From the NCBI GenBank assembly GCA_963662565.2, contig CAXXXG010000008.1, forward strand, positions 3,614-67,613: 64,000 bases of DNA. The letters are read 5' to 3'. The position numbers were made by a program, and so were the translations under genes. The notes below the pieces were generated by a model. It did no database searches. It worked only from the letters and a program-made list of their open reading frames with translations, and had not been told where the DNA came from. Origin of the DNA: Sedimentisphaerales bacterium (GTDB lineage Bacteria; Planctomycetota; Phycisphaerae; Sedimentisphaerales; Anaerobacaceae). Positions 27,371-36,867 of the stretch are shown piece by piece; position 1 is the stretch's first letter; every line of letters begins with the position of its first letter.

Positions 27371-27387
27371 TGTGCATAAAATGCACA
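27371..27387. promoter_or_regulatory. perfect palindrome TGTGCAT-aaa-ATGCACA, candidate enhancer (UAS) for the adjacent sigma-54 activator
   Basis: 7-bp arms with a 3-bp spacer, about 150 bp upstream of the sigma-54 promoter at 27525-27540 and immediately after the activator's stop codon. Confidence 0.4.
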
Positions 27388-27524
27388 CAAATGGCAATCC
27401 AGGAAAGCTTGCGCCTCAAACCTGCACACTCTTAACTCTATGCGAATCAAACACTTAGACTTTATCTATCACTAGCCCACCCTAAACACAAACCACACAT
27501 AGACTTATAATTATTTCTTATCTT

Positions 27525-27540
27525 TGGCATCACCCTTGCT
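27525..27540 (+). promoter_or_regulatory. sigma-54 (-24/-12) promoter
   Basis: TGGCAT-caccc-TTGCT matches the consensus TGGCAC-N5-TTGCW with correct GG/GC spacing. Lies about 65 nt upstream of the small HTH gene and the abl operon. Confidence 0.65.
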
Positions 27541-27603
27541 TGAATACAGGCCTTGGGTATTACCCCTGAAACTATGGATGTTTTAGTCAAAGGAGAAACG
27601 ATT

Positions 27604-27816
27604 ATGAGTAAAGCCAGACGCACCAAACGCCGCTCACGTACCCGACAGGCCTGGTCCAAGGACGAGATCAAGACCCTCAAAAAGATCTTTCGCAACATGA
27701 CGACCATCGATGTGGCCTATGAAATGGGACGCACTGTCGGTAGTGTTCAGGGCAAGGCCAGCGTACTGGGACTCACCAAGACTCGTAAACATATGAAGGC
27801 CATTGGAAAGGCCTGA
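27604..27816 (+). CDS. small basic SANT/Myb- or GcrA-N-like HTH protein (70 aa)
   Basis: AAAGGAG sits 8 nt before ATG 27604. [14 protein letters not shown]...[23 protein letters not shown] resembles the GcrA N-terminal / Myb-like DNA-binding fold. Confidence 0.55.
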   Translation: MSKARRTKRRSRTRQAWSKDEIKTLKKIFRNMTTIDVAYEMGRTVGSVQGKASVLGLTKTRKHMKAIGKA

Positions 27817-27931
27817 GAACACCATGGCCAGACCCCGCGACCGACGGTTTACCACACAACAACGTCCTGTGAATCGCCGGTCGCGGGGTTTTGAGCCCAA
27901 TACCGCACCCCAGAAAGGAAACCATAATTTA

Positions 27932-29266
27932 ATGCCAGTACTGACCGATCGTCAAAAAGACATTGCACAACGCATTCACGAAGACGCCGCCCAGGAGCAA
28001 TGGCGCAACTGGATCTGGCAAGAACGCCACATCATTCAGGACATCGACCGCTTCGAAGCCCTTACAGGAATTCAATTCTCAACGGAGAAGCGGGCTCAGC
28101 TGAAAAAGACCATTGAAAAGTTCCCCGTCTCGATCACACCCTACTACCTGTCCCTGATCGACCACGAGGACTATGAAAACGACCCAGTCTATCGCCAGGC
28201 CTTTCCCTCGGTCTCGGAACTGACCCTGCAGCGTTGTGACATGGCCGACCCCCTGGCCGAGGACAAGGACAGCCCGGTCCCACACATCACGCACCGCTAC
28301 CCGGATCGCGTGCTGTTTCACGTCAGTAATGTCTGCGCCATGTATTGCCGCCACTGCACGCGCAAACGCAAGGTCGGTGACGTGGATTCCATCCCGGATC
28401 GTAAGACCCTGGAACAGGGCATCGAATACATTCGCCAAAATCCCCAGGTGCGCGACGTGCTGCTCAGCGGTGGCGATCCCTTTATGTTGGCTGACGATTA
28501 CCTGGACTGGCTCTTGACCGAACTGCGTGACATCGAGCATATCGAGGTCATCCGTATTGGTACACGAACACCTGTGGTGCTGCCCTACCGCATCACCGAC
28601 AAACTGGTTAACATCCTCAAGAAACACCACCCCCTCTGGATCAACACGCACTTCAACCACCCGCGTGAAATCACGGCCTCGGCCCAGGTGGCCCTACGCA
28701 GACTCGCGGACGCCGGCATTCCCCTGGGCAACCAGACCGTGCTGCTGGCCGGGGTCAACGACTGCCCGCGCATCATGCGTCGCCTGGTGCACAAGTTGGT
28801 ACAGAACCGCGTGCGTCCCTATTACCTCTATCAATGCGACCTGTCCGAGGGCCTGTCGCACTTTCGCACGCCCGTGGGCAAGGGCATCGAGATCATCGAG
28901 AGCCTGATCGGCCACACCAGCGGTTTTGCCGTGCCCACCTATGTGATCGACGCGCCGGGTGGCGGCGGTAAGATCCCCATCATGCCCAACTACCTGATCT
29001 CCTGGTCCACCAACAAGGTCATCCTGCGTAACTACGAAGGCGTGATCACCACCTACAAGGAGCCGGACTCGTACGAGCCCATTTTCTGCGACCGCGATTG
29101 TGACAATTGCGACCTGCAACTCAAACTCGATGGTGCCGATGAATGCGCGGCCACGGGTATTGCCAGCCTGCTCAGTGACGCGCACGAGGCCGTGAGCCTG
29201 GTGCCGGAAAACCTCGAACGTATGGAACGCCGCAAGGACAATCAGGACAACATCGTCGAATTATGA
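27932..29266 (+). CDS. ablA: lysine 2,3-aminomutase (paralogue 2; AblA-type)
   Basis: [58 protein letters not shown]. Start at ATG 27932 after GAAAGGAA; the ORF is open from 27803. Confidence 0.9.
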   Translation: MPVLTDRQKDIAQRIHEDAAQEQWRNWIWQERHIIQDIDRFEALTGIQFSTEKRAQLKKTIEKFPVSITPYYLSLIDHEDYENDPVYRQAFPSVSELTLQRCDMADPLAEDKDSPVPHITHRYPDRVLFHVSNVCAMYCRHCTRKRKVGDVDSIPDRKTLEQGIEYIRQNPQVRDVLLSGGDPFMLADDYLDWLLTELRDIEHIEVIRIGTRTPVVLPYRITDKLVNILKKHHPLWINTHFNHPREITASAQVALRRLADAGIPLGNQTVLLAGVNDCPRIMRRLVHKLVQNRVRPYYLYQCDLSEGLSHFRTPVGKGIEIIESLIGHTSGFAVPTYVIDAPGGGGKIPIMPNYLISWSTNKVILRNYEGVITTYKEPDSYEPIFCDRDCDNCDLQLKLDGADECAATGIASLLSDAHEAVSLVPENLERMERRKDNQDNIVEL

Positions 29267-30687
29267 GCCCCATTGACTACGTAATCTTCGGCTCCTACTT
29301 CGGCGCCGTCTTGGGAGTCGGTGTCTATTTCTATCGCAAGAACCAGACGCGGGAAGACTACTACGTGGGCAACCGCAACATTTCCAGCGGTCACGTGGGT
29401 ATGTCCATTGTGGCCACGGATGTGGGCGGCGGTTTTTCCCTGGGACTGGGGGGATTGGGGTTCGTCATGGGCCTGTCCGGCAGTTGGCTGTTGTTCACCG
29501 GCCTGGTGGGGGCGTGGCTGGCCGCCATCCTGGTGGTCCCGCGTGTCAAACAACTGGACCAGGTGCATGGTTTCCTGACCTTCCCGGACTTCCTCAAGCA
29601 CACTTACGGCCCGCGTGTGGCCATGGCTGCCGCAGTCATCTCGGGCCTGGGTTACCTGGGTTTTACAGCAGGTCAGATCCAGGCCGGGGCCACCCTGGCA
29701 GCCGGCAGCGTGTTTGCGGATGTCACCTTCATGGATCCGGTCAAGTTCTCCCTGATGGTCATGGCCGCAGTAGTGATCATCTACACGGCCATGGGCGGAC
29801 TCAAGGCCGTCATCTACACGGACACCATTCAGTGGGCCGTGCTGCTGGCGGGACTCTTGTTCTGCGGTCTGCCTTTTGCCTGGATCAAGGTGGGCGGGTG
29901 GCAGGCCCTGCGTGACAACCTGCCCGCCGCGCACTTCAGCCTGACCAACATCGCACCGGTGGAATTCATCAATTGGATCGCCACCATCGTACCGGTCTGG
30001 TTCGTGGGTATGACCCTGTACCAACGCATCTATGCCTGCAAAGATGTCAAGCAAGCCCGTAAAGCCTTTTACATCGCCGGACTTTTGGAATATCCCTTGA
30101 TGGCCTTTTTGGGCGTGTCCCTAGGGCTCATGGCCCGCGTGGTCTTCCCCGAGGCCCAACAAGAAATGGCCATGCCTATGCTGCTCAGTCACGCCTTACC
30201 CGTAGGGATCACCGGGATCGTACTGGCCGCCTATTTCTCAGCCATCATGTCCACAGCAGACAGTTGCCTGATCGCCAGCTCCGGGCACTTCGTCAACGAC
30301 CTGATCGAGCCTGGACTTAAGAGTAAGGACAACATGAAGCTGTCCATGCGGCTCTCGCAGATCGCCACCTTGGTGCTGGGGACCGTTGCCCTGGGGCTGA
30401 CCCAGGCCTTTGACACGGTGCTGGAGATTATCATGCATGCCTACAGCGTCATGGTCGCCGGATTACTGGTGCCCACCCTGGCGGCCCTGTTTGCCCGGCA
30501 GCCTCACCCCAAGGCTGCCTTGGGGGCCATGGTGGGCGGTTGTGGTGTCACAGCCGGATTGATCGTGGTAGAAACAGCGAAGTGGGCCACCCTGCCCTTG
30601 GGACTGGCCCCCAGCATCTTCGGGCTCATGACATCTGTTCTCATCTATGGATTGGCTGCAACAATGACAAGGAACTCCCATGCCTGA
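29263..30687 (+). CDS. sodium:solute symporter (SSS) family transporter
   Basis: About 13 TM helices. [25 protein letters not shown] and [10 protein letters not shown] are typical SSS motifs. ATGA overlap with ablA. Confidence 0.8.
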   Translation: MSPIDYVIFGSYFGAVLGVGVYFYRKNQTREDYYVGNRNISSGHVGMSIVATDVGGGFSLGLGGLGFVMGLSGSWLLFTGLVGAWLAAILVVPRVKQLDQVHGFLTFPDFLKHTYGPRVAMAAAVISGLGYLGFTAGQIQAGATLAAGSVFADVTFMDPVKFSLMVMAAVVIIYTAMGGLKAVIYTDTIQWAVLLAGLLFCGLPFAWIKVGGWQALRDNLPAAHFSLTNIAPVEFINWIATIVPVWFVGMTLYQRIYACKDVKQARKAFYIAGLLEYPLMAFLGVSLGLMARVVFPEAQQEMAMPMLLSHALPVGITGIVLAAYFSAIMSTADSCLIASSGHFVNDLIEPGLKSKDNMKLSMRLSQIATLVLGTVALGLTQAFDTVLEIIMHAYSVMVAGLLVPTLAALFARQPHPKAALGAMVGGCGVTAGLIVVETAKWATLPLGLAPSIFGLMTSVLIYGLAATMTRNSHA

Positions 30688-31513
30688 CACCCTGGAAACC
30701 CTCGGTGCGTCTCTCATTCAGCACGGACCGGACAGCGACCGTATCTATCTCATGAAACTCGCCCCTGCGGACACTGGGACCATCATCGAGCAACTGAATG
30801 AATTGGCCCACGAGCGGCAGTACAGCAAGATCTTCTGCAAGGTCCCCAGTGACCAGGTGACACGCTTTCAAGCGGCGGACTACCAACAGGAGGCCTTGAT
30901 CCCCAATTTCTACCAGGGCCAACAGGACATGGCCTTCATGTCACGCTTTGTTCAGCCCGAACGGGGACAATTGACGACCGCACAACAGGCCCGCATCGAC
31001 AAGGTTCTGAACATTGCTAAACAAAAGGCCGAGATTCCAACTACGTCACCCAGTCCGGAACACCTACGTCCCTTGACAACGACTGACGCCCCAACCCTGG
31101 CCCGCCTGTATGATCGCGTCTTTCCCTCATACCCCTTCCCTATCACGAATCCGCAGTACCTGCGCGACACCATGGCCACGCACATTCATTATTTTGGGGT
31201 GTTTGAGAATAGAGAGTTGATCTCGGCATCCTCGGCCGAGACTGATGCAGCCGAAGCCAATGCGGAAATGACCGACTTTGCCACCTTACCCGACCATCGC
31301 GGCCAGGGCCTGGCCCTGCATCTCTTGAGTCGCATGGAACATGACCTGCGAGATTACGGTTTTCAAACCCTATACACCATTGCCCGGGCCGTCAGTGCAA
31401 GCATGAACGTCACCTTTGCTCGGGCCGGTTATCAATTCGCCGGCACCCTGGTCCACAACACCCAAATTTCCGGCAGTATCGAATCCATGAACGTCTGGTA
31501 CCGCAGCAGTTAG
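30680..31513 (+). CDS. ablB: putative beta-lysine N6-acetyltransferase (AblB-type GNAT)
   Basis: The IQHGPDSDRIYLMKL N-terminal signature plus a C-terminal GNAT (FATLPDHRGQGLALHLL), in the classical position next to ablA. Confidence 0.7.
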   Translation: MPDTLETLGASLIQHGPDSDRIYLMKLAPADTGTIIEQLNELAHERQYSKIFCKVPSDQVTRFQAADYQQEALIPNFYQGQQDMAFMSRFVQPERGQLTTAQQARIDKVLNIAKQKAEIPTTSPSPEHLRPLTTTDAPTLARLYDRVFPSYPFPITNPQYLRDTMATHIHYFGVFENRELISASSAETDAAEANAEMTDFATLPDHRGQGLALHLLSRMEHDLRDYGFQTLYTIARAVSASMNVTFARAGYQFAGTLVHNTQISGSIESMNVWYRSS

Positions 31514-31672
31514 TTCAAAATCAGCACGAGACAACCAAGCCACATCCGGTTATAATGCGGCTTTTATAATCTTTCCCGGTGGTGTGACATTTTCCAACCG
31601 GGCCGGATATGGTGCTGCTATGGCACTCTAGTGAACCCTGAATTTGAACCGTTATTTCACGGGAGAGTGCAA

Positions 31673-33154
31673 ATGACACAATCCATGCATTTTGCTGCTG
31701 TGGACCTGGGGGCTGAAAGCGGTCGGGTCATGCTGGCCACGCTGAGCGACAAAGAATTGACCATCGACGAAATCCATCGTTTCCCCAACGGTCCGGTCGA
31801 GCAGGATGAGGCCCTGCATTGGGATTTCGCCAGCCTGATGACCGAGATCAAGGCGGGCCTGAAAAAGGCCTTTGCCGCCCAACCCGCGATTGCCAGTATT
31901 GGCGTGGACACCTGGGGCGTAGATTACGGCCTGATCGATAAGCAAGGCCAGCTCATAGAAAATCCCTACCACTATCGCGATAGCCGTACCTCGGAGATGA
32001 TCGAGACGGCTTGCTCGATCCTGGGACGCAAGACCCTCTATAACAATACCGGCATCCAATTCATGCCGTTCAATACCGTGTTCCAATTGCTGGCTTGTAA
32101 GCGTCAGCGTCCCGAGCTGCTCGAAAAGGCCGACAAGCTGCTGCTCATGCCCAACTTAATTATGTACGAACTGTGCGGGGCCGCCTTTGCCGAATATACC
32201 ATGGCCAGTACCACCCAGTTGGTCGATATGAAAACCGGGAAATGGTCGGATACGGTCATCGAGGGCCTGGGCCTGCCCAAGAACATCCTGCCGGAGATCC
32301 GTATGCCGGGTGAACAGGTCGGCACGCTCAAGCCGGAACTGGCCCGCGAACTGGGCGGCCAGGAAGTGCCCATTGTCTCGGTCGGGACCCACGACACGGC
32401 CTCGGCCGTGGCCGCCGTCCCGGTCAACCACGATAAAAGCTGGGCGTATCTATCCAGCGGCACCTGGAGCCTGATGGGCCTGGAAATCCCAGCCCCGGTG
32501 ATCAACGAACAGTCCTTTGCCATGGACTACACCAACGAGGGCGGCATTGCCAACACCATCCGCCTGCTCAAGAACATCATGGGCCTCTGGCTGGTGCAGG
32601 AATGTAAACGCCACTGGGCCAAGGAAGGTGACGACCTCAACTACACCCAGATCACCCAGATGGCCTCCCAAGCCAAGCCCTTTGCCGCCGTGCTGAACAC
32701 CGACTATGGCGAATTCTTTGCTCCCGGTCAGATGCCGCAAAAGATCAATGAGTACCTGGGCAAGACCTGCCAAGGACAACTCACAGACAAGGGACAAATT
32801 GTACGCGTAGTCCTCGAAAGCCTGGCCCTGAAATACACCGGTACCATTGCCAACCTGGAAGAGCTGGGCGGCCAGTCTATCGATGTACTGCACATCGTGG
32901 GCGGTGGTATTCAAAACGAGTTGCTCAATCAACTGACTGCGGACGCCACCGGCAAAACCGTGATCACCGGCCCGGTAGAGGCCACGGTCATCGGAAATGT
33001 CCTGATGCAGGCCCTGGCCGCCGGTCAGATCCAAAGCCTGAGTGAGGGACGGGCCATTGTAGCTCAGTCCTTTGCGGGTAAGACCTATGAGCCCAGCAAT
33101 GCAGAAGCCTGGGAGGCCTATCGTAAAAAGGCCGCTAGCTTGCCTTCGATTTAA
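31673..33154 (+). CDS. rhaB: rhamnulokinase (FGGY family)
   Basis: FAAVDLGAESGRV, GVDTWGVDYGL, NPYHYRD, GTHDTASAV, IVGGGIQNELLNQLTADATG. Start at ATG 31673 after GGGAGAG. Confidence 0.85.
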   Translation: MTQSMHFAAVDLGAESGRVMLATLSDKELTIDEIHRFPNGPVEQDEALHWDFASLMTEIKAGLKKAFAAQPAIASIGVDTWGVDYGLIDKQGQLIENPYHYRDSRTSEMIETACSILGRKTLYNNTGIQFMPFNTVFQLLACKRQRPELLEKADKLLLMPNLIMYELCGAAFAEYTMASTTQLVDMKTGKWSDTVIEGLGLPKNILPEIRMPGEQVGTLKPELARELGGQEVPIVSVGTHDTASAVAAVPVNHDKSWAYLSSGTWSLMGLEIPAPVINEQSFAMDYTNEGGIANTIRLLKNIMGLWLVQECKRHWAKEGDDLNYTQITQMASQAKPFAAVLNTDYGEFFAPGQMPQKINEYLGKTCQGQLTDKGQIVRVVLESLALKYTGTIANLEELGGQSIDVLHIVGGGIQNELLNQLTADATGKTVITGPVEATVIGNVLMQALAAGQIQSLSEGRAIVAQSFAGKTYEPSNAEAWEAYRKKAASLPSI

Positions 33155-33162
33155 AAGAAGTC

Positions 33163-33234
33163 TCTCGCAAAGCCGCAAAGACCGCAAAGTTGTTTTTAAA
33201 TTCTTTTCTTTGCATCCTTAGCGGCTTTGCGAGA
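33163..33234. repeat. long intercistronic inverted repeat with CGCAAAG iterations
   Basis: TCTCGCAAAGCCGC (33163-33176) pairs with GCGGCTTTGCGAGA (33221-33234). The left arm continues with three CGCAAAG copies. Confidence 0.6.
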
Positions 33235-33286
33235 AATATAACCTGTTGAGAAATCCTGGTTTAGATCATATTAACTGGAGGACTAT

Positions 33287-34558
33287 ATGAGTTCAGACAA
33301 GACCATAGAACAAGCTTACAGCCTGGCCCAAGAGCAGTATAAGGCCTGGGGCGTGGATACCGAGGCAGCCATGAAAAAACTGGCCGCCATCCCTATCTCC
33401 ATGCACTGCTGGCAGGGTGACGACGTAGGCGGCTTCGAGACCGTGGGCGCCGAGCTGTCCGGTGGCGGCATCCAGACCACGGGCAATTACCCGGGCAAGG
33501 CCCGCACCATCGATGAATTACGTACGGACATCGAAAAGGCCCTGTCCCTGATCCCGGGCTCGCACCGTCTCAACCTGCACGCCTGTTACATCGACAACGG
33601 CGGAACCTTTGTGGATCGTAACGAGATGGAGATCAAGCACTTCCAGAGCTGGATCGACTGGGCCAAGGCCAACCAGCTCGGTATGGACTTCAATGGTACC
33701 TTCTTCTCCCACGCCAAGGCGGCCGACGGCTTTACCCTCAGTCACGCCGATCAGGGTATCCGTGACTTCTGGATCGAGCACGGCATCGCCTGCCGTAAGA
33801 TCGGGGCCGAGATGGGCAAGCAACTGGGCTCTCCTACGGTGACCAATGTCTGGATCCCCGACGGGCATAAGGACATTCCCGTGGATCGCCGCGGCCCACG
33901 GGCACGCCTGGCTGATTCGCTGGATAAGATCTTCGCGGAATCCATTGATCCCAAAATCCACCTGGATGCCGTGGAATGTAAACTCTTCGGCATCGGTGCC
34001 GAGAGCTACACCGTGGGCTCGCACGAGTTCTACATGGGCTATGCGACCTCTCGTCAGAAGCTGCTGTGCCTGGATGCCGGTCACTTCCATCCGACCGAGG
34101 TGATCTCGGACAAGATTTCGTCCGTGATGATGTATGTCCCTGAGCTGTTGCTGCACGTGAGTCGACCGGTGCGTTGGGACAGTGACCACGTGGTCATCCT
34201 CGACGACGAACTGCGGGCCATTGCCCAGGAACTGGTGCGGAGCGGCCAGCTGAACAAGGTCCACATCGGGCTGGACTTCTTTGACGCCAGCATCAACCGC
34301 GTGGCCGCCTGGACCATTGGCACCCGTTGTATGATCAAGGCCCTGCTCATGGCCCTGTTGGAACCCACCGGCCAACTGCAGGAGTTGGAACTGGCCGGTG
34401 ACCTGACCAGCCGCCTGGCCCTGTTGGAAGAACTCAAGACCCTGCCGCTGGGTGCGGTATGGGACACCTATTGCCTCCGGACCGGTCGGCCCGTGGGCAA
34501 GGCCTGGCTCGACGAGGTCAAGACCTATGAGAAGGACGTCTTAAGTAAAAGGTTATAA
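33287..34558 (+). CDS. rhaA: L-rhamnose isomerase
   Basis: The N-terminus ...[18 protein letters not shown] and overall length (423 aa) match RhaA. Confidence 0.9.
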   Translation: MSSDKTIEQAYSLAQEQYKAWGVDTEAAMKKLAAIPISMHCWQGDDVGGFETVGAELSGGGIQTTGNYPGKARTIDELRTDIEKALSLIPGSHRLNLHACYIDNGGTFVDRNEMEIKHFQSWIDWAKANQLGMDFNGTFFSHAKAADGFTLSHADQGIRDFWIEHGIACRKIGAEMGKQLGSPTVTNVWIPDGHKDIPVDRRGPRARLADSLDKIFAESIDPKIHLDAVECKLFGIGAESYTVGSHEFYMGYATSRQKLLCLDAGHFHPTEVISDKISSVMMYVPELLLHVSRPVRWDSDHVVILDDELRAIAQELVRSGQLNKVHIGLDFFDASINRVAAWTIGTRCMIKALLMALLEPTGQLQELELAGDLTSRLALLEELKTLPLGAVWDTYCLRTGRPVGKAWLDEVKTYEKDVLSKRL

Positions 34559-34563
34559 AAAAG

Positions 34564-34627
34564 GTTCACAGTTCACGGTTCACAGTTGAAATAGAAATGT
34601 ACTCCACCAACCCCATGAACCGTGAAC
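34564..34627. repeat. GTTCAC heptad repeats (3 direct, 2 inverted) between rhaA and the permease gene
   Basis: GTTCAC at 34564, 34571 and 34578. Inverted ATGAAC at 34615 and GTGAAC at 34622. AAAAGG/CCTTTT flanks allow a hairpin. Confidence 0.55.
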
Positions 34628-34637
34628 CCTTTTAAGG

Positions 34638-36155
34638 ATGAATCGCATGACAACCGAACAGACCGCCGAACAGGCACAGCAAACCGAAGGCACGAGTGAG
34701 TACGAACGCGAACCCGTACCGGAAAAGGCCCGCCTGGGCTTCAAGAGTTTTGTAGGCATGTATGCCGGTGAACACTGCGCCGGTACGGAACTGATGTTGG
34801 GACCATTGTTCGTGGCCGCCGGGGTCAGTGCCTTTGACCTGATCGTGGGACTGCTGTTGGGCAATGCCCTGGCGGTCCTGAGTTGGATGTTTATGTGTGC
34901 CCCCATTGCCACACGGGTCAGGCTAACCCTGTATTATCAACTGGAAAAGATCTGCGGACGTAACCTGGTCACGGTCTATAACTTAGCCAACGGCGTGATG
35001 TTCTGCTTTTTGGCCGGAGCCATGATTACTGTGTCAGCTACAGCGATTGGAGTCTGGTTCAAATTCCCTATGCCGGGTCTCGGTGACATGTACCCCAACA
35101 GTGCCGGCTGGGTGATTGCCGTGGCCGTAGTTGGAGCGTTGATCTCCGTAGTGGCGGCCTTTGGTTACAATATGGTCTCCAAGTTCGCCAATATCGCCGC
35201 ACCTTGGATGGTCCTGGTCTTTTTGGCCTTTGGCCTGGTGGGATTTAAAAAGTTTATCGATGTGACCGGATCGGAAATCCACTCTCTGAGCGACCTATGG
35301 ACCCTGTGCAGCACTCAGATTTGGAAGGGTGGCGAACCTATAGAAGGCCAGGTAAAATTCACCTTCTGGCATGTAATGTTCTTTGGCTGGTTCTGCAACA
35401 TGGCTATGCATATTGGTATGAGCGACCTGTCTGTATTCCGCTTCGCTCGTAAGAGTTGGCAGGCCGCAGCTACAGGCTCAGGCATGTATGTAGGCCACTT
35501 CATGGCCTGGATCGCAGCCTCCAGCCTCTATGCCTACCAACTGCACATGGATTCTACGAATACCGATGTCCTACCTGGCCCTATGGCATTTGAAGCTGCG
35601 GGACTCGTCGGCCTCTTATGCGTAATCATCGCTGGCTGGACCACAGCCAATCCCACCATCTATCGGGCGGGCCTGGCCTTCCAGGCGATCATGCCCAAGT
35701 GTTCTCGTTTCAAGGTGACCTTGATGACAGGGGCAATTGCTACAGTGGCGGGCATGTTCCCGGCCTTTGCTATGAAGCTCCTGGACTTTGTGGCCTTTTA
35801 CGGGCTGCTACTCATGCCCATGGGAGCAGTAATCTTTATCGATTTCTGGTTGATTAAAAAGTTCGGAATGCAAAGTAACTACGCTGAAAAAAGCGGTCGC
35901 ATGTTCAATTTGGCTGCTTTCACTGCTTGGATTGTTACAGTTCTCATAAGCATGATCTTCGTTAAACTAAGTTGGATCCTCGATAAGTGTGTGGAATGGA
36001 AGCTTTGCGAAATGACCGAGCGACTCCAGGAGATTAAAGAAACCTATACCATCCAAATTTACTTTGTATCTCTGCCTGGTTGGTTTCTCGCAGCGGCCTT
36101 ATACATCGTGGTCAGCAAGTTCTATCAAAAGAAAATCCGCCCGGCGGTACAATAA
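34638..36155 (+). CDS. NCS1/CodB-like permease (substrate unknown, rhamnose-cluster associated)
   Basis: 12 TM helices. The N-terminal EREPVPEKARLGFKSF..GEHCAGTELMLGP pattern is purine-cytosine-permease-like. Confidence 0.55.
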   Translation: MNRMTTEQTAEQAQQTEGTSEYEREPVPEKARLGFKSFVGMYAGEHCAGTELMLGPLFVAAGVSAFDLIVGLLLGNALAVLSWMFMCAPIATRVRLTLYYQLEKICGRNLVTVYNLANGVMFCFLAGAMITVSATAIGVWFKFPMPGLGDMYPNSAGWVIAVAVVGALISVVAAFGYNMVSKFANIAAPWMVLVFLAFGLVGFKKFIDVTGSEIHSLSDLWTLCSTQIWKGGEPIEGQVKFTFWHVMFFGWFCNMAMHIGMSDLSVFRFARKSWQAAATGSGMYVGHFMAWIAASSLYAYQLHMDSTNTDVLPGPMAFEAAGLVGLLCVIIAGWTTANPTIYRAGLAFQAIMPKCSRFKVTLMTGAIATVAGMFPAFAMKLLDFVAFYGLLLMPMGAVIFIDFWLIKKFGMQSNYAEKSGRMFNLAAFTAWIVTVLISMIFVKLSWILDKCVEWKLCEMTERLQEIKETYTIQIYFVSLPGWFLAAALYIVVSKFYQKKIRPAVQ

Positions 36156-36166
36156 AGGAGCACTCC

Positions 36167-36340
36167 ATGCAGATGATACTCAAAGTCGTTTCCCTGTTGG
36201 CCTTAATTGCTCTGATTGCGCCGGCCATTGGTTATCTTGCCGGGCAGGTTACTTTAGAAAAGATGAAGACCGTAATGCTGGTTGCCACGTTGGTTTGGTT
36301 TGCCACGGCGACACCGGTAATGTGGAAGGCCAAGGGGTAG
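36167..36340 (+). CDS. small two-TM membrane protein (57 aa)
   Basis: AAGGAG sits 6 nt before ATG 36167, with two hydrophobic helices. The track ORFs 36064/36080 are upstream extensions. Confidence 0.5.
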   Translation: MQMILKVVSLLALIALIAPAIGYLAGQVTLEKMKTVMLVATLVWFATATPVMWKAKG

Positions 36341-36499
36341 GAGGATTTTCCTAACGCCTCTTAGGCTTTTCCTATTTTACCATTACCATGAACTTTCCAT
36401 GTAAAATGAACCAACACCAAAGGAGCCACTCTTAAGCCAACGAGTAACCCTAAAAGGTGGAATGAGAACAACATCTCAATCCCATTCCCACAATCAAAC

Positions 36500-36540
36500 C
36501 TTGCGGCATGCTTTCATGAAACATGCCGCAAGTTTTTTTT
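36500..36540 (+). terminator. strong rho-independent terminator
   Basis: CTTGCGGCATG...CATGCCGCAAG stem (36500-36532) followed by T8 (36533-36540). Confidence 0.8.
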
Positions 36541-36867
36541 ACCTACATGCCCTTCTGTATAACTCTAACGCCAATGCATGCTTATCCCGATTACCAATGT
36601 CACTGTCTCAAACTTTGTTAAAACTTTGTAAAAGGTCACCCTTGACGTTCAACCAAAACCGCCCATACTATATGTCACAACCATGGAGGGTTGGAACCAA
36701 GAGTTCAGGGACAGGGACGTCCCACCTTTTTCCTGAACGAGTTCCTAATCGGGTTTATTTATCTCATTTCCATGACAACGGTTGATTCCTTGGGTCGCTG
36801 TGGTTTAATAGACACAGTTGGTGATAACAGGAAACACGTTATGAATATAGCCTTAGGAGTATGACCC

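Noticed and set aside
27803-27931. N-terminal 43-aa extension of AblA (track ORF starts at 27803, overlapping the small HTH gene end)
   Set aside because: The extension is Arg/Pro-rich and overlaps the upstream gene. ATG 27932 has a GAAAGGAA RBS and gives a protein that aligns from the usual KamA N-terminus.
29242-30054. 270-aa ORF antisense to the SSS transporter gene
   Set aside because: Shadow ORF. The sense frame encodes a coherent 13-TM transporter.
33518-34375. 285-aa ORF antisense to rhaA
   Set aside because: Shadow ORF opposite a very well-supported rhamnose isomerase.
34564-34627. Short tandem GTTCAC repeats as a mini-CRISPR or other array
   Set aside because: The repeat unit is only 7 nt with no spacers, which is far below CRISPR dimensions. 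No cas genes occur in the window.
36462-36785. 107-aa ORF with an apparent AAGGTGG before the ATG
   Set aside because: The SD-like sequence is only 1-2 nt from the ATG. The ORF reads straight through the strong terminator at 36500-36540, and the sequence is low-complexity.
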